Virus record (IMG/VR): IMGVR_UViG_3300028581_000034 | From: an uncultured virus (IMG/VR IMGVR_UViG_3300028581_000034) | Taxonomy: Duplodnaviria > Heunggongvirae > Uroviricota > Caudoviricetes | DNA length: 64,000 bases | Direction: 5' to 3' (one strand) | In this document: positions 21,955 to 31,064 of the stretch, piece by piece | How the letters are laid out: each line of letters begins with the position of its first letter | Position numbering within the stretch: position 1 is the first letter of the stretch | Notes under the pieces: generated by a model | What the model saw: only the letters and a program-made list of their open reading frames with translations | Told to the model about the DNA's origin: nothing | Database searches by the model: none | Position numbers and translations under genes: made by a program

Positions 21955-22425
21955 TTAAATATTGATAATAACGAAATCACTTTGTGCAAACGCCAAATTG
22001 TCAACTGTGTAGTCAATCTTTACTTTTGCCGTATACTCAGATGTTCCTTTACCGGGAACTCTATAAACATACTCTCTTGCAGTTCCTGGTATCGTAGTTC
22101 CTTTAGCCAACGGAACCTCTTCAGACGGGTCTGCAGGTTCAATTGTAATTTTATTAAGTAAAAGATTTGGCATGAAATTTTGGACAGAATCCCTAATATC
22201 AGCTTCTATTGCATCAAAAGTAAGGCCATCATACGGTTCAAAGATATATTCATACAATCTTGTACCAAACGTTGGTAAAAAATATCTTGAACCCCTTCTT
22301 GTAAGAATTAAGTGTAATAAGTCACTCCTTATTTGCTGATATTGAGTTTCCGTTAGGGCTAAATAATCCCCTTGTGTTGAATCCACAAAAGGAAATTCTA
22401 AACCATATGTAATACCTTCAGCCAT
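21955..22425 (-). CDS. Baseplate wedge / sheath initiator (T4 gp25-like)
   Basis: IRSDLLHLILTRRGSRYFLPTFGTRLYEYIFEP is a GPW/gp25 signature. Confidence 0.9.
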   Translation of the reverse strand: MAEGITYGLEFPFVDSTQGDYLALTETQYQQIRSDLLHLILTRRGSRYFLPTFGTRLYEYIFEPYDGLTFDAIEADIRDSVQNFMPNLLLNKITIEPADPSEEVPLAKGTTIPGTAREYVYRVPGKGTSEYTAKVKIDYTVDNLAFAQSDFVIINI

Positions 22426-22429
22426 ATCT

Positions 22430-22437
22430 TATAAATA
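22430..22437 (-). promoter_or_regulatory. TATTTATA putative late promoter (gp25/gp6 operon)
   Basis: 4 nt before ATG 22425 and just after a terminator. Confidence 0.6.
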
Positions 22438-22459
22438 TACTCTGTATTTTTTTTCTTAT

Positions 22460-22491
22460 AAATAAAAAACCCATCAAAAATGATGGGTTTT
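22460..22491 (-). terminator. Intrinsic terminator downstream of nrdA
   Basis: AAAACCCATCA-AAAA-TGATGGGTTTT perfect 11-bp stem with A/T runs on both sides. Confidence 0.8.
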
Positions 22492-22509
22492 ATTTATTTT
22501 AGATGTTAG

Positions 22510-24216
22510 TTATGACTCACAAGCCACACATTGTAAATCATTTAGATTTAACTTCTTTCTTGAGAAAGCCTGTGCTGAGTTCATAGAGTGTTGGTAATAC
22601 AGAGTTTTAACTCCAAGTTGCCATGCATCAATTAGAAGTTTGTTAACATCCTTTGTTGGCATGTCAGGTGAAACCATCAAGTTTAGGGATTGAGCTTGGT
22701 CAATATAATCTTGTCTTACCGCCGCTTGGTTAATGATAGATGCCTGATTAATTTCCGCAAAGGTTCTAAAAACATCTTTTTGTTCGTTAGTTAAGAAATC
22801 CAAGTGTTGAACTGAACCGTCATACTTCTTGATACTATCCCAAGTAGTTTTGTTGTCCTTACCCATGTCAACCAATAATCTCTTAAGAATAGGATTTTTG
22901 ATTGTTACCTTCATTTTTGCAACATCCTTAACATAACAGTTAGACCAAATAGGTTCAATTGATTGAGATACTTGTCCCAAGATAAATGCTGAAGATGTTG
23001 TTGGTGCAATAGCATTCAATGTAACATTTCTTCTACCATAACCAACAAGTGTTTCAGGTTCACCAAAAATTTCGGCCAATTCTTCTGAAGCCTTGTATGA
23101 TTTATCTTTAATTAATTTGAATACTTCAACATTCAATTTTGCGGTATCCTTACTGTCAAATGGTAATCCTTTAGATTGTAGTAAAGAGTGCCAACCCAAT
23201 ACCCCCAAACCAAGGGCTCTTTGTCTTTTAGCGAAGTTGTAAGCTCTTTCCAAGTAAAAGAAGGCTCTTTGTCCTTCAATGGTACCGTTTGTTCTTAATT
23301 CGTCAATTTTACCGATAAACTCTGTTACAACCGCATCCAAGAAATACACCATTAATTCAACTGCATCTGTGTCTTTCCACTCATCATAATGTAACAAATT
23401 CATTGAAGACAATACACATACAAATGATTCATCCTCAGAATTGTGAAGTGCAATTTCAGAACACAAGTTAGAGTTGTAGATTTTCATATCTTTATCTCTA
23501 TACACCTCAGGTGCTTTATTGTTCACAGTATCCACAAACATGATGTATGGATATCCAATCTCACCTCTTCTTTGAATGACCTTAGCCCATACAGCTCTTT
23601 TATCAGAGTCACCGTTAACCATGTCCTCCATAAAATCATCGGTTACTGTAATTGCGTGAGTCAAATCTTGAATTGGAAATCCTTCAGTTCCAATTTCCAA
23701 GAACTCCATAATATCAGGGTGTTCAATTGGAAGGTATGGTGAGAATCTACCTCTACGTGTTGAACCTTGTGATATGTTGTCCACAACACTTTGGAATAGG
23801 TTCATAAAATGAACTGCACCTGGTGCGTGTCCATTGTCGGTAATTTCAGCTCCTCTACCTCTGAGGTTACCAAAGTAACCTGAGGTACCTCCACCCATCT
23901 TACTCATTTCACCAACTTCAGATTGAGTAAAGAGGATTGATTCAATGTTGTCTCCAATGTTTGAACCAAAACAACTTACCGGTAGTCCACGTTTTTTCCC
24001 AAAGTTAGCCCATACAGGTGATGATAATGAATACCACCCTTTACTCATATACTCGTAAAACTTGTCTGCAAAACCAACCTTACCTAATAGTTTTTCAGCA
24101 TGGTTCGCAATTACACGAATTCGTTCAAACGGTTCTTCTCCTTCGCTAAGATATCCTCTACGAAGAAATGTTATGGATTCGTCATTAATCCAATCAAAAG
24201 GTTTTCTATTTTCCAT
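22510..24216 (-). CDS. nrdA: Class I ribonucleotide reductase alpha subunit, short, no ATP cone
   Basis: PVSCF, GGGTSG, SNLCSEI, AIAPTTSS, KTLYY and C-terminal CVACES. Confidence 0.95.
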   Translation of the reverse strand: MENRKPFDWINDESITFLRRGYLSEGEEPFERIRVIANHAEKLLGKVGFADKFYEYMSKGWYSLSSPVWANFGKKRGLPVSCFGSNIGDNIESILFTQSEVGEMSKMGGGTSGYFGNLRGRGAEITDNGHAPGAVHFMNLFQSVVDNISQGSTRRGRFSPYLPIEHPDIMEFLEIGTEGFPIQDLTHAITVTDDFMEDMVNGDSDKRAVWAKVIQRRGEIGYPYIMFVDTVNNKAPEVYRDKDMKIYNSNLCSEIALHNSEDESFVCVLSSMNLLHYDEWKDTDAVELMVYFLDAVVTEFIGKIDELRTNGTIEGQRAFFYLERAYNFAKRQRALGLGVLGWHSLLQSKGLPFDSKDTAKLNVEVFKLIKDKSYKASEELAEIFGEPETLVGYGRRNVTLNAIAPTTSSAFILGQVSQSIEPIWSNCYVKDVAKMKVTIKNPILKRLLVDMGKDNKTTWDSIKKYDGSVQHLDFLTNEQKDVFRTFAEINQASIINQAAVRQDYIDQAQSLNLMVSPDMPTKDVNKLLIDAWQLGVKTLYYQHSMNSAQAFSRKKLNLNDLQCVACES

Positions 24217-24239
24217 AATAATTATTACTGTAAATATAA

Positions 24240-25520
24240 TTAAAATAAATCGTTCAAAGTAATAGACTTTGATTTTTTACTGTAATTTATACTACGTTTG
24301 TTAAAAAAGTCTGTGTGTTTTGTTGTTAAAATTTCGTCATTAAACCATTCGGTAGTTTCCAATGTAATAGGGTTCACATCAAATACTTTATCAATCCCAA
24401 TAGCATTTAATGAAATGTTAAATCTATGTTTGATAAACTCTAATGTTTGTTCTTTAGTTAGGAAATCCAAATCACCTTTTTCAAAAATCCAATCAACAAT
24501 ATCAGTCTCAGCTTCGTAAGCATCAATGGTAGCGTTAATTAAATCTTGAACTAATTCAGGTGTCCACCAACTTGGGTTTTCTTTTTTAATTAGATTGACT
24601 AAGTCAAACCCAAATTCTGCGTGAATATTTTCTTCTTTTGAAGTTGCCTCAACTGCGTTACTTGTACCTTTCAATACGTTCTTAAACTTATTGAATGACA
24701 TGATAACTAAAAATTGTGAGAACAACGATACGTTTTCCACAAACATTGAAAACAATATAACGGACTCAAAGTAATCTTGGTTTTCAATTGCCTTTGAATT
24801 TGAGATAGATTTCTCCAAATACTTAATTCTTTTACGCATTGCAGGTACCTCAAGTAGATTTTCAAATTCTTTATTGAGTCCAAGTACTTGAATTAAGTTT
24901 GAATAAGCGTCTGCGTGTCTTACTTCAGATTCCGCAAACGTTGCACCAACACTACCAATTTCAGGTTTTGGTAACTTCTTATAAATGTCACCCCAAAAAG
25001 TTTTAACAGCAATTTCAATTTGTGAGATAGCCAACATAGCTCTTTGTACCGCAGACTTTTCTTTTTCATTTAAATGAACCTTAAAGTCTTGAATGTCAGA
25101 AGTAAAATTAAACTCAGTATGAACCCAATAGGAATGACGAATAGCATCAACGTATTGAAGTAAATTAGGATATTCGTAAGGTTTTAAGTTAACTCTCTTG
25201 TTGAAGATATTTGGTCTGTGTTTTGAGCGATAAATAATGTACTCTTTGGCAACATCATTTAAACCATTGTCCATTAATTTATTCTCAACCATATCATGAA
25301 TCTCATCAACATGAGGTACTTTGGTCTTATCGTTTCTGAAAAGACTTTTCTTGGTTAATCTTGATATTTTTTCAGCCATTTCATCATCAACTTTGTTAAT
25401 ACCCATCATCGCTTTTAAGATAGCATTTTGGATTTTGTCCGATTCGAATGGTACTTTATCACCACTTCTTTTAATCACATATTGTGTTTCACCTTGAGTT
25501 AATTCATTAGAATTATCCAT
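24240..25520 (-). CDS. nrdB: Ribonucleotide reductase beta subunit with N-terminal ATP cone (class Id / NrdBi-type); start moved to ATG 25520, 426 aa
   Basis: YVIKRSGDKVPFESDKIQNAI...VDEIHDMVENKLM...AKEYIIYR is an ATP cone. SQIEIAVK, EVRHADAY, VENVSLFSQF and EENIH are ferritin-like metal ligands. Confidence 0.93.
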   Translation of the reverse strand: MDNSNELTQGETQYVIKRSGDKVPFESDKIQNAILKAMMGINKVDDEMAEKISRLTKKSLFRNDKTKVPHVDEIHDMVENKLMDNGLNDVAKEYIIYRSKHRPNIFNKRVNLKPYEYPNLLQYVDAIRHSYWVHTEFNFTSDIQDFKVHLNEKEKSAVQRAMLAISQIEIAVKTFWGDIYKKLPKPEIGSVGATFAESEVRHADAYSNLIQVLGLNKEFENLLEVPAMRKRIKYLEKSISNSKAIENQDYFESVILFSMFVENVSLFSQFLVIMSFNKFKNVLKGTSNAVEATSKEENIHAEFGFDLVNLIKKENPSWWTPELVQDLINATIDAYEAETDIVDWIFEKGDLDFLTKEQTLEFIKHRFNISLNAIGIDKVFDVNPITLETTEWFNDEILTTKHTDFFNKRSINYSKKSKSITLNDLF

Positions 25521-25551
25521 AATATTTAATATATTTTTTTTTAATTTTTGT

Positions 25552-26931
25552 TTATTGGGCGTTTTGTTGTTCTCTTTGTTTTCTTTTCTCAAGAAGTTCT
25601 TTGACCCTGTCTCTCTTTTTTCCTTCTTGTTGTTCTTCGAATCCAAGGAAAGTTGTTGACGATTCAGTATCTATCTCCAACAATTCGTTGTCAAATTTAC
25701 AATTTTCAAAAATAACACCATCAGAGCCAATACGAGATTTAGTAATCGCAATTGTTGCTAATTTTAATTCTTTTTGTTGAAGTGTTTTAGCAACTGAAAT
25801 AATTACGTGACCAACTTGAGCCTTTTTGATTGAACCCCCCATTTGGTCGGTAGTTACAACTTCAGAAGAAATTGATGAACGGTTACCTTGAGTTGCGGTC
25901 CATCCAACAAGATTCATTTCGTGACACATAGCCTCAAAATGTCTCATCACAGAACCTTCTGCTTTCCACTCGTCATTCCTTGTATTTTCAGGAACAACAC
26001 AGTCAATGTAATCCAATGTAACCATATCAATTGGAGTACCATCGGCAACCATCTTTCTGATTTGGTTTTTGATTTCATTCATTGTCACAGTATCCGAAGG
26101 TAATTTCTTCAAGATTAGTTTGTTTGACATCGTATTCTTAATTTCTTCCACTTTGTCCATAACAGCCTCTTTTTCAGTTGCTAATCTATCAGGTTCAACT
26201 CCAGTCCAAATTGTGAAGTGTTTTCTTTGGATAATCTTTGGGTTGTCTTCAAAAAAGATTTGAATAACGTTATATCCCATGTTAAATGCTGTGTTAGCAA
26301 TTTTGGTCATGAGTGTCGTTTTACCAACACCGGTAGGTGCCAAGATAACTCCAATCTCACCCTTTGCTAAACCACCTTTCATTAGTCTGTCAATACCCGG
26401 AATTCCCATTGGGATAGGGTGTCTGAAGTCATCATTAAGGACTTCATCCATTCCCGAGAAGATGTCTTGTACACCACCATCTCTAATTCCAACTTGTAGG
26501 GCGGTTCTAACCAATCCTTCAACCGTATCATAAGATTCAAAATCACCTTGGTCTATGATTTTTTGAGCTTTGTTCATTACCTTTTGAAGTTCTTGTTGTT
26601 TACAAAACTTCAAGGCTTTTTCTTGCACAAACACACTTCCCTCAAACGGTGCGTTTTGAACTTGTTTAATAGTGTCTAATACAATCTTCAACGCCAACTC
26701 AACTGAAATTTCTGCTTTGGATATTTGTTCCAAAGTTTCAAATCCAGGTGTTGATTGATACTTTTGGTAATATTCCCTTACCATTTGTATAATTAATTTA
26801 AAATATTTGTTGTCGAAATAACTAGGGTCTAAAACTTCGATAATAGATTGTGCGAACTCTTTATCTACGATGATTTGGTTAAGTAATTGTATTTGAAATG
26901 TATTGCCGAGATAGTCGAAATTTTTAGTCAT
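25552..26931 (-). CDS. Replicative DnaB/gp41-like helicase
   Basis: Walker A APTGVGKT, LDYID, WTATQGNR and KSRIG. Confidence 0.92.
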   Translation of the reverse strand: MTKNFDYLGNTFQIQLLNQIIVDKEFAQSIIEVLDPSYFDNKYFKLIIQMVREYYQKYQSTPGFETLEQISKAEISVELALKIVLDTIKQVQNAPFEGSVFVQEKALKFCKQQELQKVMNKAQKIIDQGDFESYDTVEGLVRTALQVGIRDGGVQDIFSGMDEVLNDDFRHPIPMGIPGIDRLMKGGLAKGEIGVILAPTGVGKTTLMTKIANTAFNMGYNVIQIFFEDNPKIIQRKHFTIWTGVEPDRLATEKEAVMDKVEEIKNTMSNKLILKKLPSDTVTMNEIKNQIRKMVADGTPIDMVTLDYIDCVVPENTRNDEWKAEGSVMRHFEAMCHEMNLVGWTATQGNRSSISSEVVTTDQMGGSIKKAQVGHVIISVAKTLQQKELKLATIAITKSRIGSDGVIFENCKFDNELLEIDTESSTTFLGFEEQQEGKKRDRVKELLEKRKQREQQNAQ

Positions 26932-26955
26932 AGAGCCGCGTGTATAAATTAAATA

Positions 26956-27408
26956 TTACCGACTTAGGTCATAACTCAGGAAGTCATGATATAAATTTTG
27001 AGCTGAAAAAATGTCAGTCAATCCTTTCAAAATGATTTTAAGGCTGGGACGTACATCAACCGTATATCTCACTTTTGGTGGGTACAATTTCGCATCAAAA
27101 ATTCTGTGTAAAATAATTTCATCGGACAATTTGACATACAGATGGAAGTACTCAGGACCCTCTGTATTTGATGTGTTTAGAACATCTGGGTCATTGGTAA
27201 TTTCATCTTGATTGTCCATCATGTAAATTACTGTTTTCATTTTGAGATTCTCGGACAACATCGTTTCTACTTCTTTCATGAAGTAAGCTAAATCATAGGA
27301 CTTTCGTGCCAATGGATTATAATTTTTGACATTGTAAAAACGTTGAACGACAATGTTGTTGTTCAAGGTTAGGAGAAACTCCATCTTAACTACGGATTCT
27401 TCTTTCAT
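26956..27408 (-). CDS. Hypothetical protein
   Basis: 150 aa ORF in an operon between the exonuclease and the helicase. Confidence 0.65.
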   Translation of the reverse strand: MKEESVVKMEFLLTLNNNIVVQRFYNVKNYNPLARKSYDLAYFMKEVETMLSENLKMKTVIYMMDNQDEITNDPDVLNTSNTEGPEYFHLYVKLSDEIILHRIFDAKLYPPKVRYTVDVRPSLKIILKGLTDIFSAQNLYHDFLSYDLSR

Positions 27409-27411
27409 AAT

Positions 27412-28422
27412 TTAATTGTTTAATTGTTTGTATTTGCGTTTTTCTTTTCTTGTGAGTTTGGTAAAAGGTTTCATAAAATTAACAAAGGCATCATCGTCCT
27501 TGGGTTGGTATTTAAAAAAACCATCTTCCATCATTAAACGGATTAAGTTTTTATTATCCCTACCCTCAGGGTCTAATGTTTCAGAATAGTAAAGGGTGAC
27601 AAACTCTTTTGCTTCATCTGTGATGATGGGGTTTCTAAGGTCCACAATTTTTTGATTAATTCTGAAGAATTCATCGCCAATCTGTCCTTTTTTTGTTTTT
27701 CCATTTTTAATATTTTGTAAAACTGTTTCTTTTCTATTTTCGGAAATTAACTTGTCTGTCCTTGTACAAATATCGGAAACAGTTAATACATTATCAACAA
27801 TCTCAGGAAATAATTTGACAAAAGTTTTTTCACCAAGACGGTCAATACCAAAGATATTATCCGACTTGTCACCCAAAAAAACTTTAACAACAAGAACGTT
27901 TTGGTGAGGTATGTGAACATCACCAAACTTTATCTTGTCTCCGTAATTATAACTGATTTTCTTGATTGGAGAATAAATGGAAGTATTCTCCGAAATGATT
28001 TGTAAAAGGTCACGGTCTGATGAAAAAACAACCTTTTCTTCGTCTGTCGCTAACGAACAATAATAGGCTATCAAATCATCAGACTCATTACCATCAATTT
28101 CAATCTGACGAACAAAACACTCTTCGAGATATTGTTTAACTCTCGACTTTTGGAAGTAATATGACTCAAGCTTGGCTTCAGTCATATCATTCCTTCGGTT
28201 TAATTTGTAGTCAGGATATAACTCACGTCTTGATTGTGAGTTGTTTTTGCCATCCCAAAAGACGATGACTTTGTCGAATTCGTTTTCGTCCAACTGGCGA
28301 CGAATGGTGTTGATGAAGTGAAATACCCCGCCAATGTGTTCGCCTTCCACGAAAAAGTCTCTGACTCCGTGGAAACCGATTTTAAATAAGTTATCTCCAT
28401 CAACTAATAAAGTTTTGACCAC
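27412..28422 (-). CDS. 5'-3' exonuclease / T4 RNase H (FEN-like)
   Basis: LLVDGDNL, FWDG, YPDYKLNR, ESDDLIA, SSDRDLLQ and GDKSDNIFGI..LGEKT. Confidence 0.92.
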   Translation of the reverse strand: MVKTLLVDGDNLFKIGFHGVRDFFVEGEHIGGVFHFINTIRRQLDENEFDKVIVFWDGKNNSQSRRELYPDYKLNRRNDMTEAKLESYYFQKSRVKQYLEECFVRQIEIDGNESDDLIAYYCSLATDEEKVVFSSDRDLLQIISENTSIYSPIKKISYNYGDKIKFGDVHIPHQNVLVVKVFLGDKSDNIFGIDRLGEKTFVKLFPEIVDNVLTVSDICTRTDKLISENRKETVLQNIKNGKTKKGQIGDEFFRINQKIVDLRNPIITDEAKEFVTLYYSETLDPEGRDNKNLIRLMMEDGFFKYQPKDDDAFVNFMKPFTKLTRKEKRKYKQLNN

Positions 28423-28439
28423 AATTGTGATTTATAAAA

Positions 28440-29006
28440 TTAAAATTTTTTTCCTTTTTTGATATTTTCTGCAGCCCACAAAGGTTGCAGATTAGTATAA
28501 TGACACAACTTCAAAAGCTCTTCAACATTCTTGGCTGAGGATAAGGGGATAATGTGGTCAACATGCCATTCATTTCTTTTTTTCCAATTCATCCCCTCTG
28601 TAAATTTGCTTTCTAAAAAGTTTTTTAAAAAACTAGGAGAACAACCAATAATATCAAATGTCTTGTTTGTTTTTTTTATTTCAAATACATTCATATATTT
28701 CCATAATCTGCACCTCATTCTATTAGTCAAAACAAAGATTGGGTCAATTTTTCTTCTTTCTTTCCTCTGTTCTTGTTTTCTTTTTTTGTAATTTTGCCGA
28801 TACTGCTTTCTTTTATCAGGATTTTCTGTATAAAATTTTTTCAATCTTTCACCAAGCCACTTAGGATTTTTGGTTCTAAGAATTTTTTCAGATTTTTTTG
28901 TACATGTTTTACATTCAGGTCTAAAACCATCTTTTTTTGTACTGTCTTTTCGAAAATCAGAAGAATTCAGATGAAGGCCACATCTACAACAAACTTTAGT
29001 TTCCAT
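28440..29006 (-). CDS. Free-standing HNH (homing) endonuclease with N-terminal Cys4 Zn finger
   Basis: CCRC...DG..PECKTC and WHVDHIIPL...HYTNLQPLWAAENIKKG. Confidence 0.85.
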   Translation of the reverse strand: METKVCCRCGLHLNSSDFRKDSTKKDGFRPECKTCTKKSEKILRTKNPKWLGERLKKFYTENPDKRKQYRQNYKKRKQEQRKERRKIDPIFVLTNRMRCRLWKYMNVFEIKKTNKTFDIIGCSPSFLKNFLESKFTEGMNWKKRNEWHVDHIIPLSSAKNVEELLKLCHYTNLQPLWAAENIKKGKKF

Positions 29007-29148
29007 TGTTAATATATTCTTTTAATAATTTATTAACAAGGGAAGAAAGATTTATCGATTTATCTTTAAAATATTGTGGTAGTTTGGGGTCTATTGAGAC
29101 ACCAATCTTAACTTTCTTTTCAATATCTTCTTTTTTCTTTCTTCCCAT
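28996..29148 (-). CDS. 50 aa ribbon-helix-helix-like protein (copy 1); absent from ORF track
   Basis: MGRKKKEDIEKKVKIGVSIDPKLPQYFKDKSINLSSLVNKLLKEYINNGN. TATTTAT immediately upstream; paralog at 57731. Confidence 0.8.
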   Translation of the reverse strand: MGRKKKEDIEKKVKIGVSIDPKLPQYFKDKSINLSSLVNKLLKEYINNGN

Positions 29149-29199
29149 ATTAATAAATATCTACTAATATAATAAAAGTAGAATAATTACAACTTTTTT

Positions 29200-30207
29200 T
29201 TAATTATCTTCTTTTTCATCCTTCAAATCAAAATCACCATCAGTACCGATAATTTCTTTCCAATACTCCGCATATTCTGTTTTGTATTTTTCAATAGAGA
29301 TTTTTTCTTCCGCTGCGTCTTTACCCGCCAAGAACCCGTGTGGTGTTACAATTATCTTACCATCCTCATAACCCAAACCTGATATGTGATTTTTCATTAC
29401 AGATACTTTAGTTCTAATTGCGAACTTTACACTTCTTTTATCTTTAGTTGCTGTAATTTTGTTTGTTCCCGATTCTTTTTGATTACCAAATAAAAAAACC
29501 AAAGATGAATTTAACCAAATCGCCTCACCACCCTTACTTTTAATTTTAGGTTGCCCAAATGGATTATCAGGCAAACTCACCCAAGGCTGGTTGATTATAA
29601 CCAAAGTATTTTCGTACTTTGATTCCGATTTCCGACTTCCTGAAATACGTTGATTAATACCCATTCCAATTTTGTCTGCTAACACACCAGCATTTTGCAT
29701 CTTCCCGCCCTTACCTTCAAATGTCATCTTACAAGGGACCGAACCAACTGAATCCCATAAAAATAATAAATCATACTCCAATTCACCCTTTTCTTGTGCG
29801 TCAAGTAAAGAATTAATATAATCAGTAATTTCCTCAATATAACTGAAACCATTATTGAAGATAAAAAACCCATCCCAATCTATTTCACCGGTTTCTTCGT
29901 CAACTATTTCTTCACACTTAAATCCCATAAGGCGAGCATGTTCAAAACTCCACTTTTGTTCAGTAATAATGAAAACTGGGAGAATTTCTTTTTTTTGAGC
30001 ATCAACCGCTGCTTTTACTAAAGCAGTAGTTTTCCCGGTATCGGAATGTCCGAGAAACATATTAATGTGGCCAATTGCTGGTCCAGGGAGCCCTACCGCA
30101 TCAAGAAAATCAGTGCCCAAATCAAAAAATTTTTGAGGCTTATACTTTGCGGATGTTGAATATTTCTTCTTAAATGAAGAAAAATCAGTTGATTTCTTTA
30201 TTGCCAT
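29200..30207 (-). CDS. recA: RecA/UvsX-like recombinase
   Basis: GHSDTGKT, WDSVGS, IINQ, KSKGGEA and VMKNH. Confidence 0.88.
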   Translation of the reverse strand: MAIKKSTDFSSFKKKYSTSAKYKPQKFFDLGTDFLDAVGLPGPAIGHINMFLGHSDTGKTTALVKAAVDAQKKEILPVFIITEQKWSFEHARLMGFKCEEIVDEETGEIDWDGFFIFNNGFSYIEEITDYINSLLDAQEKGELEYDLLFLWDSVGSVPCKMTFEGKGGKMQNAGVLADKIGMGINQRISGSRKSESKYENTLVIINQPWVSLPDNPFGQPKIKSKGGEAIWLNSSLVFLFGNQKESGTNKITATKDKRSVKFAIRTKVSVMKNHISGLGYEDGKIIVTPHGFLAGKDAAEEKISIEKYKTEYAEYWKEIIGTDGDFDLKDEKEDN

Positions 30208-30421
30208 TATATTTCCAGAATTCAGTTAATACTTGTAATTTGTCGCTGGCATTTGCCAACTTTTCAACCATGTTATCCATTTCTTCCAACATCTGAGGGT
30301 GTTCGCCAATCCCTGCAGCGTTTTCAAGGTAAATCATCATAGTCGCTTCCGCTTCCAAAATCTGAGACTCATATTTTTTTTTGAGACTGTCTATCGCTTT
30401 TTGTCTGGTTTCTTTTGTCAT
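30185..30421 (-). CDS. Hypothetical helical phage protein (GIGEHP motif)
   Basis: 78 aa, YLENAAGIGEHPQMLEEMD; overlaps the recA start. Confidence 0.7.
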   Translation of the reverse strand: MTKETRQKAIDSLKKKYESQILEAEATMMIYLENAAGIGEHPQMLEEMDNMVEKLANASDKLQVLTEFWKYNGNKEIN

Positions 30422-30459
30422 AATTTTTTTACTAATAATTCTACTATAAAAAATATAGT

Positions 30460-31002
30460 TTATAATACATTTTTTCCTAATGATTTTTGAATAAATTCCA
30501 AATGTTTATTTTTAGTATCAAGAATAACCCCACCTATTGTTGAGTAAATCATTTTTTCTTTATTGTAAATCAAATATCTATGAATTAAATTATGTTCTTT
30601 AATGGAAAGTTTTATAACGTCTAGCCAATCCACTTGATTATAAGACCAATGGTGTAAATGAAAACCTTGTTCTTTTGTTAAAAAAATTTCTGTATATTTT
30701 GCCGCTAGATATTTTTCAGGAAACTTTTGTCGATATCTTTTCATAATATTTTTCTTTTTTTCAGTAGAAGGTTTGTTTTTATCCTTATACCCAAGCCTAT
30801 GATATTTTTCGCGATTTCTTTCCCTCTCTTTTTCAATCCATTCAGGATTTTTTTTTAATTCCTTAATTCTTCGTGAAGTATCTTTGATTGTACATTTTTT
30901 ACACTTATTTAAATGACCATCAGGCATTTTCTTATGAACATAAAATTCTTGTATTGGTAAAATATTACAACACTTAAAACACTTTTTTTCAGTAATTCCC
31001 AT
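30460..31002 (-). CDS. Free-standing Zn-finger + HNH-like endonuclease
   Basis: KKCFKC...EFY...DGHLNKCKKC and HLHHWSYN...IKLSIKEHNLIH. Confidence 0.7.
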   Translation of the reverse strand: MGITEKKCFKCCNILPIQEFYVHKKMPDGHLNKCKKCTIKDTSRRIKELKKNPEWIEKERERNREKYHRLGYKDKNKPSTEKKKNIMKRYRQKFPEKYLAAKYTEIFLTKEQGFHLHHWSYNQVDWLDVIKLSIKEHNLIHRYLIYNKEKMIYSTIGGVILDTKNKHLEFIQKSLGKNVL

Positions 31003-31003
31003 A

Positions 31004-31045
31004 TAACTTTGTCATGTATTATTTTATAAATACATGACAAAGTTA
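31004..31045 (-). promoter_or_regulatory. Perfect 17-bp inverted repeat abutting the endonuclease start codon, with embedded TATTTATA motif
   Basis: TAACTTTGTCATGTATT (31004-31020), 8-nt loop, AATACATGACAAAGTTA (31029-31045). Start codon at 31002. Confidence 0.8.
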
Positions 31046-31064
31046 AAATGGTTATTTTACCATT

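Noticed and set aside
25521..25646. N-terminal extension of nrdB in the ORF track
   Set aside because: Lys/Asn-rich alternate-frame read of the helicase 3' end; ATG 25520 directly precedes the ATP cone.
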